DNA of 36,973 bases from Oscillospiraceae bacterium. Its GTDB lineage: Bacteria > Bacillota > Clostridia > Oscillospirales > Ruminococcaceae. The stretch lies in NCBI GenBank assembly GCA_017828835.1, contig JAGAEK010000066.1, positions 1-36,973 on the forward strand. The letters are read 5' to 3'. Below the pieces are notes generated by a model that had not been told where the DNA came from, searched no databases, and saw only the letters and a program-made list of their open reading frames with translations. The translations under genes were made by a program, and so were the position numbers. Position 1 is the first letter of the stretch. Every line of letters starts with the position of its first letter. Positions 29,215-36,973 of the stretch are shown here, one piece after another.

Positions 29215-31746
29215 ATGAAAATTTTCAAAAAGGTGATCGCGGTAGTTTCGGCGGCGGCAATATTGGCGGCGTTTTCTGCCTGCAATACTTCAAATCCGTC
29301 TGAAAGTGAACCGCCTTCATCGGTATCGTCTAAATCTGGAGGGTTCGGTTCGACGAGCAAACCCAGCAGACCGGAATCCAGCGCGATCGAACTCACGGTA
29401 TCCGATATTTTCAAAAACGAAGTAATCGCTTACGAACAGAAGATCGGTGAGGCAAAAACCGGCGTTATGGATTTTTCCTGGCTCAACGACGTTCCCGCCG
29501 GTACTCACGGATTCGTTACGGTGAAAGACGGCGACTTCTGTTTTGAAGACGGTACCTCGGTAAAATTCTGGGGAGTAAATTTGGGATTCGGCGCGGCGGC
29601 TCCCGAAAAGGAGACCGCCGAGGCAATATCCGAAGAGCTTTACCGTTTGGGCGTGAATATGGTAAGACTCCACGCGCTCGACGCGGGTCTCGTTGATTAT
29701 TCCGAAAACACGACCCAGCTGTTTGATGAGAAATTTTTCGACCGGATGGACTATTTCATCTGGCTGCTGAAACAGCGCGGTATATATATACACCTCGATC
29801 TTATGTGCGGTAAAGGCTATCTTCCCGGCGACGGATTCACCGCAGAGGAAATGGATTATTTCATAAAATCCGCCGGCGGCGCGAACGATAAGACCGGACT
29901 TGTCAAAGAAACAAGACTTTTCAACGACAGATGTATCGAGCTTGACAAAAAATATATCGAAGGGATCCTGACTCATTTCAATCCGTATACCGAAATGAGA
30001 TATTGCGACGATCCTGTCTTCGCCGTGGTCCAATACGTGAACGAGACGAGCATCTTTTGGACTCAGCAGATGATATCGACTCCGTTCGAGGGAGAACTGA
30101 ACGAAAAGTATAACGAATGGTTATGCGAAAAATACGGCGACCGTGCAGCTCTTGAGCTTGCATGGACGGACGAAAAAGGTGTTTGTATTCTTAACGCCGA
30201 CGAAGACCCCGAAGCCGGAACGGTAGTCGGAGAAGGATTGGGGTGCTGGGGCGAAAGACTTGTCGGATGGAACAGCAAGCTGTCGACCCGTCTTGCGGAT
30301 TATAAAGAGTTTTTATACGATACCGAAGCAAAAACCTTTACCGAAATGTATGAATTTATGAGAGCTCTCGGGCTGAAATGTCCGATCAACCTCTCGAACT
30401 ATCCTCTCGGTCCCGCGGACAGAAAGGTCAACTCTCTCGGAGACGTTACTGAGAAAAACGCCTATTGGGGCGATAATGACGTCAGTATGACCGAGGCGGA
30501 ACCTTCTTCCGAATATCCGAGAAACACCCTGGTCGATCTTTCCTGCGGTTGTGTGGCGGATAAACCGTTCGTCATCACCGAATGGAACTGTTTGTCGACG
30601 GTGGAATTCAAAGCCGACGGGTTGTTCCAAACGGCGGCGTACGCGGCGCTCCAGGATTGGGACGGATTTTTGCTCTTCACCTGGACCTTCCAGTCCGGAG
30701 CAACGTATTTTTATTCCGACGCAATGACGGATCTTTACAGCGCAAACATGGATCCGTCGACGATCGGTCAATTCGGAATGTGCGCGGCGCTTTTCAGGTT
30801 GGGACTTGTGAGCGAGGCAAAAAATTCGGTCGAATGCGTATATACCGAAACCGACGTATTCACACAACCGTCAAATTATATGGCTTATCAGTATTCCGTT
30901 CCGTTCATATCAAAGTTTTCATATAGGTTCATAGATGAAAAATACGACGGAAACGCCGATTTTGTAATAACTTCGGGAAATTCGGCTTCCGGAGATTATT
31001 CGTCGGCTAAAAAGCTGCTGCTCCATTCAATGAATCCTTATTCGGATATTTCAAAGCAAAACAACGCGAGAGAAACTTGGCTTAAGAAATATATCGAAAA
31101 TAACGCCGAAATCAAAAAACTCGGCGGCGCGGAATTTGCGGTAGGAGAAAACCGCGTCGTATGTGTCGCACCTGAAGGCGCTTACTATTTCGGAGGCTCG
31201 TCCGTTACTTCCGTGGTCGACGCGTCAATGAAACAGCTCGGCATCATCGGTAACGACGAAGGCTTTGTCGACGGAAAAATAATTTCCGATACAAAAGAGA
31301 TCGTTTTCGATTATAAAAATAACGGATTTTTTATAAATACCGACAAAATCGATGTTTTTGCCGGCGTTACGAACGGCTCGGCGGCGTCCGGAAGCTTTTC
31401 TTTGAAAACAACGAACGATAAAGCGGCGATCGCCGTGATCGCGCTTGACGGAGATAAGATCGAGACATCAAATTCGGTCTTTGTCTATGCGATGGGAAGA
31501 TGCGCAAATAACGCCCGCAATATCATCGGCGGAGACGGTTCGCTGCAAGGCGTCGGACGCGCTCCGATATTATATGAGGATATCCGCGGAACGCTCACGG
31601 TAAGCTCCGAAAAATCTTCCGCTGTCGCTTACGCTTTGTCCTCTTCCGGAAAACGAGTCAATGAAATTCCGGTAGCGGAAATTTCAGGCGGATTTACTTT
31701 GACTCTCGCGGGAAGCTGTTTTTATGAAATAGTTTTCGCGGACTGA
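29215..31746 (+). CDS. Large lipoprotein with a clan GH-A (GH5-like) glycoside-hydrolase-type TIM-barrel region; specificity unknown
   Basis: The signal peptide plus lipobox (AILAAFSAC) is followed by a Ser/Pro-rich linker. The stretch HGFVTVKDGDFCFEDGTSVKFWGVNLGF...LGVNMVRLHALD resembles the start of GH5/GH2-type barrels. The candidate acid/base is VNE (Glu at 30043-30045) and the candidate nucleophile is ITEWN (Glu at 30580-30582). I could not assign the C-terminal roughly 380 aa. Confidence 0.6.
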   Translation: MKIFKKVIAVVSAAAILAAFSACNTSNPSESEPPSSVSSKSGGFGSTSKPSRPESSAIELTVSDIFKNEVIAYEQKIGEAKTGVMDFSWLNDVPAGTHGFVTVKDGDFCFEDGTSVKFWGVNLGFGAAAPEKETAEAISEELYRLGVNMVRLHALDAGLVDYSENTTQLFDEKFFDRMDYFIWLLKQRGIYIHLDLMCGKGYLPGDGFTAEEMDYFIKSAGGANDKTGLVKETRLFNDRCIELDKKYIEGILTHFNPYTEMRYCDDPVFAVVQYVNETSIFWTQQMISTPFEGELNEKYNEWLCEKYGDRAALELAWTDEKGVCILNADEDPEAGTVVGEGLGCWGERLVGWNSKLSTRLADYKEFLYDTEAKTFTEMYEFMRALGLKCPINLSNYPLGPADRKVNSLGDVTEKNAYWGDNDVSMTEAEPSSEYPRNTLVDLSCGCVADKPFVITEWNCLSTVEFKADGLFQTAAYAALQDWDGFLLFTWTFQSGATYFYSDAMTDLYSANMDPSTIGQFGMCAALFRLGLVSEAKNSVECVYTETDVFTQPSNYMAYQYSVPFISKFSYRFIDEKYDGNADFVITSGNSASGDYSSAKKLLLHSMNPYSDISKQNNARETWLKKYIENNAEIKKLGGAEFAVGENRVVCVAPEGAYYFGGSSVTSVVDASMKQLGIIGNDEGFVDGKIISDTKEIVFDYKNNGFFINTDKIDVFAGVTNGSAASGSFSLKTTNDKAAIAVIALDGDKIETSNSVFVYAMGRCANNARNIIGGDGSLQGVGRAPILYEDIRGTLTVSSEKSSAVAYALSSSGKRVNEIPVAEISGGFTLTLAGSCFYEIVFAD

Positions 31747-31765
31747 TATTATAATCTTTTTAATA

Positions 31766-31810
31766 AAACTACGCTGCCGTAAAAATTACGGCAGCGTAGT
31801 TTTGTTTTTG
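31766..31810. terminator. Bidirectional rho-independent terminator between the GRE operon and the feo operon
   Basis: A 16-bp perfect stem aaactacgctgccgta / tacggcagcgtagttt is followed by tgtttttg on the plus strand and by ttttattaaaaag on the minus strand. Confidence 0.75.
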
Positions 31811-31823
31811 AAACGTCGAACGC

Positions 31824-32003
31824 TTATTTCTGTTCCGGCTTGTTTTTTCGGCATGATCCGTTCATCGGACATCCTCCGCATCCGCAGGAACATTCATTGT
31901 TTTTCTTCTTTTTTATAAGATTGACGATTATTGCGGCCACAATGACCGCGAGTATCACGCAAATTATTATCGTTGCGAGATTGGTTTTGATCCATTCTAT
32001 CAT
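31824..32003 (-). CDS. FeoB-associated Cys-rich small membrane protein (59 aa; not in the supplied ORF track)
   Basis: My hand translation gives MIEWIKTNLATIIICVILAVIVAAIIVNLIKKKKNNECSCGCGGCPMNGSCRKNKPEQK. It has one TM helix, a Lys run and a CxCGCGGC cluster, as in the FeoB-associated family. AAGGGGA lies upstream of the ATG, and the gene starts 28 nt downstream of the feoB stop. Confidence 0.8.
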   Translation of the reverse strand: MIEWIKTNLATIIICVILAVIVAAIIVNLIKKKKNNECSCGCGGCPMNGSCRKNKPEQK

Positions 32004-32031
32004 ACACCTATCCCCTTCCCGTTATAATTAT

Positions 32032-34428
32032 TTATGCCGCGGAATTCGGTTTCAGCGAAGCTCCGTTTTTATTTTTGCGTACGACCATATATACCATGAA
32101 AATGAAAATTATTACAGCAAAAGCCAGAGATATCGGATTTGCCGCCCCTTTGAACATCATTCCGAACTGGTATACTATCAGTGACACGGCATAGGCAAAG
32201 GCGCACTGATAACCGATCGCAAACCAAGTCCATTTTGCGCTGTTCATTTCTCTGCTGATGGCGCTGATCGCACCGACGCACGGAGCGCAAAGCAGATTGA
32301 AGATCAAAAACGAGTAAGCTGACAGCGCCGTCATACCTTCAAAATCGAGCACACCGAAAACTCCGACGATCTCTTCTTTTGCAAGTATCCCCATAAGCGT
32401 TGCGATAGACGCTTTCGCACTTCCGAATCCGAGCGGGTTGAATAACACCTTCAACGCTCCGCCGATCACTCCGAGAATACTCGATTCAAGCGGTATATCA
32501 AGCGCAAACACAAGCTTTCCTTCGACGACACCGACAGAAGAACCGATCCAAACGAAGATCGACGCAAGAAGTATGATCGTTCCTGCTTTTTTGATAAACG
32601 CCCATCCTCTTTCCCACATACTGCGTAAAATATTTATCGGCGTCGGCATGTGGTATGCGGGGAGTTCCATGACGAACGGCGAAGGTTCTCCGGAAAACAT
32701 CTTCGTCTTTTTAAGAATGAATCCCGACGTTACGATCGCAAAAATACCTATCAGGTAAGCGCTCGGCGCTACCCACCACGCGCCTCCGAAAATCGCGGAA
32801 GATATCATTGCGATCACAGGCAGCTTTGCACCGCACGGAATAAAAGTAGTTGTTATGATCGTCATACGTCTGTCATTTTGATTTTCAATGGTCCTCGACG
32901 ACATTATTCCGGTAGCACCGCATCCCGTTCCGACAAGTATGGGGATGAACGATTTTCCGGAGAGCCCGAATTTGCGGAAAATTTTGTCCATAACGAACGC
33001 GATACGTGACATATATCCGCAGCCCTCGAGAAACGCGAGGAAGATGAAAAGCGCAAACATCTGCGGCAGGAAGCTGAGTACCGAGCCGACTCCCGCCACG
33101 ATACCGTCAAGAATAAGCCCGTTGAGCCAAAGCGGCGTATTCAAACGCTCAAGCGAATCACCTATAACTTTCGGGAGTCCCGGGATCCAGACCCCGAAAT
33201 CCGATTCGTCGGGTATTATCTTATACCAATCTTCGAGTATACCCGAGATATCGGCACCCTTTTCGGCAAACGCATCGCCGTAAACGTCGACGGCTTTGAT
33301 AAACGAAGAATAATCCTTCGCATCCATCGCTTTTATCGCAAGCTCAGCGCCGATAGCATCGTTTTGCTTTGCGGTTTCGAGTTTTTCGCGCATTTCTTCC
33401 GTCCAAAGATATTGTTCGGCAGATTCGGTAACTGCGGCGCTGTAAGACGACGCTCCTATTCCGAATAAATGCCAGCCGTCCCCGAAAAGGCCGTTTTTTG
33501 CCCAGGTGTCCGACCAGCTACCGACAAGAGCGATGGAAATGTAATACGTCAAAAACATGATCACGGCAAAAATCGGCAGTGCCGCCCACTTGTTTGTGAA
33601 AATCCGGTCGATTTTATCCGATGCTGTCAGCCGCCCGGAATGTTTCTTTTTATAAACTCCGTTAAGGATGTTGGATATGTAATTATATCTTTCGTTTGTG
33701 ATGATACTTTCTGCGTCGTCATCCATGATTGCTTCCGTCGTACGGATATCTTCTTCGATATGGTTCAAAGTACTTTCGCTGAGATCAAGCAAATTCAGTA
33801 CGTTTTTATCTCTTTCGAATATTTTTATAGCGTACCAGCGCTGTTTTTCCGGCGCCATACTGTGAACGGCTGCCTCTTCGATATGAGCTATCGCGTGTTC
33901 GACCTCTCCTGAAAATATATGCAGAGGAACGGAATATTTTTTTGCCGCGGCTTCGATCGCGGCGTCCGCCGCTTCAATTATACCTTCATTTTTCAACGCC
34001 GAAATCTCAACGATCTTACATCCGAGTTTTTTTGAAAGTTCTTCAATATTTATTTTGTCGCCGTTTTTTCTGACGATATCCATCATATTTATCGCAACGA
34101 CGACCGGCGCACCGGTTTCCATAAGCTGAGTGGTGAGATAAAGATTCCGTTCTATATTCGTTCCGTCGACGATATTGAGTATCGCGTCGGGATGTTCTTT
34201 GATCAGATAATCGCGGGCAACGACCTCGTCGGTAGTATAAGGCGAAAGCGAATATATGCCCGGAAGATCCGTAAACGTTACGCCGTCCCGGTTCTTCATC
34301 TTGCCTTCTTTTTTCTCCACCGTGACGCCGGGCCAGTTTCCTACGTATTGATTCGAACCGGTCAAGGCGTTGAAAAGCGTTGTTTTTCCGCAATTCGGAT
34401 TGCCCGCAAGGGCTATTCTTATATCCAT
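32032..34428 (-). CDS. feoB: Ferrous iron transporter FeoB
   Basis: The N-terminal G-domain IALAGNPNCGKTTLFNALTG...VGNWPGVTVEKKEG...DLPGIYSL is followed by a polytopic permease domain. GGAGGC lies upstream of the ATG. Confidence 0.95.
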   Translation of the reverse strand: MDIRIALAGNPNCGKTTLFNALTGSNQYVGNWPGVTVEKKEGKMKNRDGVTFTDLPGIYSLSPYTTDEVVARDYLIKEHPDAILNIVDGTNIERNLYLTTQLMETGAPVVVAINMMDIVRKNGDKINIEELSKKLGCKIVEISALKNEGIIEAADAAIEAAAKKYSVPLHIFSGEVEHAIAHIEEAAVHSMAPEKQRWYAIKIFERDKNVLNLLDLSESTLNHIEEDIRTTEAIMDDDAESIITNERYNYISNILNGVYKKKHSGRLTASDKIDRIFTNKWAALPIFAVIMFLTYYISIALVGSWSDTWAKNGLFGDGWHLFGIGASSYSAAVTESAEQYLWTEEMREKLETAKQNDAIGAELAIKAMDAKDYSSFIKAVDVYGDAFAEKGADISGILEDWYKIIPDESDFGVWIPGLPKVIGDSLERLNTPLWLNGLILDGIVAGVGSVLSFLPQMFALFIFLAFLEGCGYMSRIAFVMDKIFRKFGLSGKSFIPILVGTGCGATGIMSSRTIENQNDRRMTIITTTFIPCGAKLPVIAMISSAIFGGAWWVAPSAYLIGIFAIVTSGFILKKTKMFSGEPSPFVMELPAYHMPTPINILRSMWERGWAFIKKAGTIILLASIFVWIGSSVGVVEGKLVFALDIPLESSILGVIGGALKVLFNPLGFGSAKASIATLMGILAKEEIVGVFGVLDFEGMTALSAYSFLIFNLLCAPCVGAISAISREMNSAKWTWFAIGYQCAFAYAVSLIVYQFGMMFKGAANPISLAFAVIIFIFMVYMVVRKNKNGASLKPNSAA

Positions 34429-34511
34429 GGATCTGCCTCCGTGAAAAACTTAAAATCGCAGATCGGCAAGAGCCGACCCATTTTCGAAAAATCAGTCGAG
34501 TAATCTTAAAA

Positions 34512-34733
34512 TCACTCGACTTCTATCATATCCGCGTCTGCTTTGCGAAGAGAAAGTTCGTATCCGCGTACCGTTATTTCTATAGGATCTCCGAGAGGAG
34601 CCGCTTTGCGGAGATATATTTCAACGCCTTTTGTTATACCCATATCCATTATGCGGCGTCTTATCGCACCTTCTCCGTGCAGCTTTACGACTTTCACTGT
34701 TTCGCCGATCTTAACATCTTTCAAGGTTTTCAT
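34512..34733 (-). CDS. feoA: FeoA-family ferrous iron transport protein
   Basis: The 73-aa SH3-like FeoA (MKTLKDVKIGETVKVVKLHGEGAIRRRIMDMGITKGVEI.....APLGDPIEI.VRGYELSLRK.DA..IEV) starts at the ATG at 34733, 8 nt after GGGAG. The longer track ORF reaching 34844 runs through the promoter. Confidence 0.9.
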   Translation of the reverse strand: MKTLKDVKIGETVKVVKLHGEGAIRRRIMDMGITKGVEIYLRKAAPLGDPIEITVRGYELSLRKADADMIEVE

Positions 34734-34814
34734 TGTCGTTCTCCCTTGTAACCTCGTTTTTCCTGCGTTTTTTACCGCCGATACGTTCGGATTTTGAAAT
34801 TCCCATACTACTAT

Positions 34815-34844
34815 AAATAATATATTATTTTTATAATTTGTCAA
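34815..34844 (-). promoter_or_regulatory. feoA promoter with an overlapping perfect AT-rich palindrome (candidate Fur-family operator)
   Basis: On the minus strand: TTGACA (34844-34839), a 16-nt spacer and TATTAT (34822-34817). The 16-bp perfect palindrome AAATAATATATTATTT (34815-34830) covers the -10 box and resembles the core of the Fur 7-1-7 motif (TGATAATnATTATCA). Confidence 0.45.
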
Positions 34845-34885
34845 TGGATTTGAAAGATTTATTAATATATAAAACCGCTTGTAAA

Positions 34886-34922
34886 GTTAAAAAATCAAAG
34901 CCGACGCTACCGTCGGCTTTGA
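34886..34922 (-). terminator. Rho-independent terminator of the CotF-like gene
   Basis: A 12-bp perfect stem tcaaagccgacg / cgtcggctttga (34895-34922) has a 4-nt loop. On the minus strand it is followed by ttttttaac. Confidence 0.7.
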
Positions 34923-34936
34923 CCTGTTTTTTCGCC

Positions 34937-35389
34937 TTACGAATACATTCCGTTTACGTTCATATAATCGTAAATAAGCTTTCCGTGCTGTTGTTCTTCT
35001 TTCTGGATATGATTCAGAAAGTTTCTCAAATTCTGATCCTTGAATTCAAAAACGCAGGTATCATATAGATTAGACGCGTATTTTTCGGAAGCGAGAGCAT
35101 CGGAACAGAGAAAACAATCCTCGGATTTCTCCGGTGTGTTCACATTAGTGTATTTTGCGTTGAACGTTTGAGCGGATTGGGAAGAACTTGAGGTTTGAGG
35201 AACGGTACCTGAAGAGATCTGATCAAGAGACTCAAGGTGTCCCTGCTCGGTCTGGGCGAGCTGAGAAAAAAGGTTTTTAAGCTGGACGTCTTTGGCGCAG
35301 GAGGAATGTTTCAGATATTTTTCCGTACATAATTTCTCCTGATTTTTAAGTTCGTTGAGTAATTCGGTTTCTTTTTGAGTAAACTGCAT
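34937..35389 (-). CDS. Spore coat protein, CotF-family-like (two Coat_F-type helical repeats)
   Basis: There are two halves with the Coat_F pattern: ...ELLNELKNQEKLCTEKYLKHS...LKNLFSQLAQTEQGHLESL and ...LCSDALASEKYASNLYDTCVFEFKDQNLRNFLNHIQKEEQQHGKLIYDYMNVNGMY. A Ser/Thr/Gln-rich linker separates them. Confidence 0.7.
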   Translation of the reverse strand: MQFTQKETELLNELKNQEKLCTEKYLKHSSCAKDVQLKNLFSQLAQTEQGHLESLDQISSGTVPQTSSSSQSAQTFNAKYTNVNTPEKSEDCFLCSDALASEKYASNLYDTCVFEFKDQNLRNFLNHIQKEEQQHGKLIYDYMNVNGMYS

Positions 35390-35491
35390 AATACCACGCC
35401 TTTCATAGTTATTTTCGTAACCTTATTGTTGACGCGGTTTCCGGTAAATATACAACCTTCTCCTTAAATAAAATTTTTCGGTATTATAATA

Positions 35492-36973
35492 TTAAAACTC
35501 GATTATCACGAATCCCGCCGCCGGAACGACGGCGCGATAACTGCGCTCGCCGAGCTTTTCAAGAGAAGCCGCCCCCATCGCCTCTTTGACGATATGCGGC
35601 GTTACGTTTTCTCTGAAACTGACCGTGACCGTCTTGTCAGCCTCATGGTGTATAACGTTGCCTTGTTGAAGACTGCGCTCATTGCCCTCGTTGTTAAATA
35701 TCGAAAGGTAGCGCCTGCCGCGCTCGTCTTTCGAAACCAGCCAGCACAGACCGTCGGAAAAACATGGCATAAGCTCCTTTGCCGCGGCGTTTATCTCTCT
35801 TTCCAACCTGCCGAAATCTCCGCTCTCCAAAATCCTCATACCGCTTCCCGCTTTCAAACGGGCAAACCCGCCGTCCGGAGAGGCGTCTATGAGACAGCCG
35901 TAACGCGACAAAACCGTATCGGATGCATCGGCATATACTATATCAAAAATATCGCCAAATCGGGAATTCGTGATCACGTGTCCTTCGTTCCCGATAGGTT
36001 CTGTCTGTAAATATATCAGTTTCAGCACGTCTTCGACGTGGCCGTAATAGTTCTTATCCTCTTCTCCGAGCGGACAGCACATATAAGTGCCGCGGTGTTT
36101 TCCGAATTCGTATCCGTCGAACATACCCGGCAACTCCATACAAGCGTATCTGACCGGCAATACTATCGCGAACGGTGTGATCGGTTCAATTTCTCTGAAT
36201 TCCGCCGCAGTATTGATAAAATCCTTTTTAATTCTTCCGTAATCCGAAAGAGTGAACTCTTTCATATCGGTGTAGCTGCAGTTTAGCCCCCATTCTTCCG
36301 AAAAATACTGCGCGCCCGACATAAGAGCGTAATAATATATCCTGTTTTGCAGTATACGCGATGATCCGCCGTTTTCACCGTCGCGAGTAAAGTCGTCGGG
36401 ATGCAGCTCTTGCGTCAAATACCATTCGTTTGATCGATCCGAGTTAAAACACGGCATCGAATAATAGGACCCGCCGTTTTCACGAACTTCGCGCCAGCAC
36501 TCATAGTAGACTCCCCAGGTCTTACCGCTCGCTCTCGCCGCGCCGCGTGCCATTGCCGTCTGCTGACGCATGAGCGGTATCTGACAACCCACCTCCGGCA
36601 TAAAACTGCGCATTCCCAGCTCGTCCTGCAATCTTGTCGCCATATAATAACTGTCGCAGGGCAATATCTTTCCGCCTGTCTCCGCCATTCTGCGGCCGAA
36701 CATATCTTTTATTTCATCAAGAAAAGCCTCCGGAGTGTCGGCATAGCGCAGGCCGGCATAGAATTCAGGTCCGTCCTGCGATAGGACCGACAGCAGCTTA
36801 CCGTCCGGCATCCTCGCGTAGCTGCTCTTTGTTCGCTCTTTCAGAAATTCAGTATCGTAGGGACCCTCCGCACCGTCCGTAAGTCTTATGATATTCCTCC
36901 AGTCGTTACGGCGGTTGGATGCGCTTTCGTGCAGCTGAAATCCGAGAAACCAATCCCCAAGCAGTTCCGAATA
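35492..36973 (-). CDS. Hypothetical protein, N-terminus outside the window
   Basis: The frame of the 35492..36811 ORF stays open to the window end (YSELLGDWFLGFQLHESASNRRNDWRNIIRLTDGAEGPYDTEFLKERTKSSYARMPDGKL...). No signal peptide or diagnostic motif was recognised in the visible 493 aa. Confidence 0.7.
   Translation of the reverse strand, partial: YSELLGDWFLGFQLHESASNRRNDWRNIIRLTDGAEGPYDTEFLKERTKSSYARMPDGKLLSVLSQDGPEFYAGLRYADTPEAFLDEIKDMFGRRMAETGGKILPCDSYYMATRLQDELGMRSFMPEVGCQIPLMRQQTAMARGAARASGKTWGVYYECWREVRENGGSYYSMPCFNSDRSNEWYLTQELHPDDFTRDGENGGSSRILQNRIYYYALMSGAQYFSEEWGLNCSYTDMKEFTLSDYGRIKKDFINTAAEFREIEPITPFAIVLPVRYACMELPGMFDGYEFGKHRGTYMCCPLGEEDKNYYGHVEDVLKLIYLQTEPIGNEGHVITNSRFGDIFDIVYADASDTVLSRYGCLIDASPDGGFARLKAGSGMRILESGDFGRLEREINAAAKELMPCFSDGLCWLVSKDERGRRYLSIFNNEGNERSLQQGNVIHHEADKTVTVSFRENVTPHIVKEAMGAASLEKLGERSYRAVVPAAGFVIIEF

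Overview
This 37-kb window looks like a chromosomal segment of an anaerobic, spore-forming Firmicute, probably a Clostridia-type organism. Supporting signs are GGAGG-type ribosome-binding sites, a CotF-like spore-coat gene, a CIRCE heat-shock operator, feoAB, an FTR-like protein next to thioredoxin, and a glycyl-radical enzyme. I call about 27 protein-coding genes, two of them cut by the window edges, plus one tRNA-Leu(CAA). There are also several clean, mostly bidirectional rho-independent terminators and a few near-consensus sigma-A promoters. I saw no rRNA, CRISPR array, transposase, integrase or phage genes.

Two loci stand out:
- **Giant surface protein (7541..17482, minus strand).** A single 9.9-kb gene takes up a quarter of the window. 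It encodes a roughly 3,313-aa mosaic protein: signal peptide, about 1,040 aa with no recognisable domain, three SpaA-like domains, a BspA/DUF285 leucine-rich-repeat module, pilin-like Ig domains, and seven Cna-B repeats. It ends in a non-LPXTG sorting-signal-like tail.
- **AraC-flanked operon (24966..31746, plus strand).** It couples an unusually short glycyl-radical enzyme (at most 661 aa) and its radical-SAM activase with an orphan sugar-type solute-binding lipoprotein and an 843-aa glycoside-hydrolase-like lipoprotein. The enzyme has an intact glycyl motif and an eliminase-type GCTE loop. This is my best candidate for an undescribed system.

Other notable points are a CIRCE operator upstream of clpB, a ZIP / FTR-like / thioredoxin / NUDIX cluster, and a 59-aa FeoB-associated Cys-rich gene missing from the ORF track. 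A perfect AT-rich palindrome also overlaps the feoA promoter.

All functional calls come from motif recognition by eye. No database search was run.
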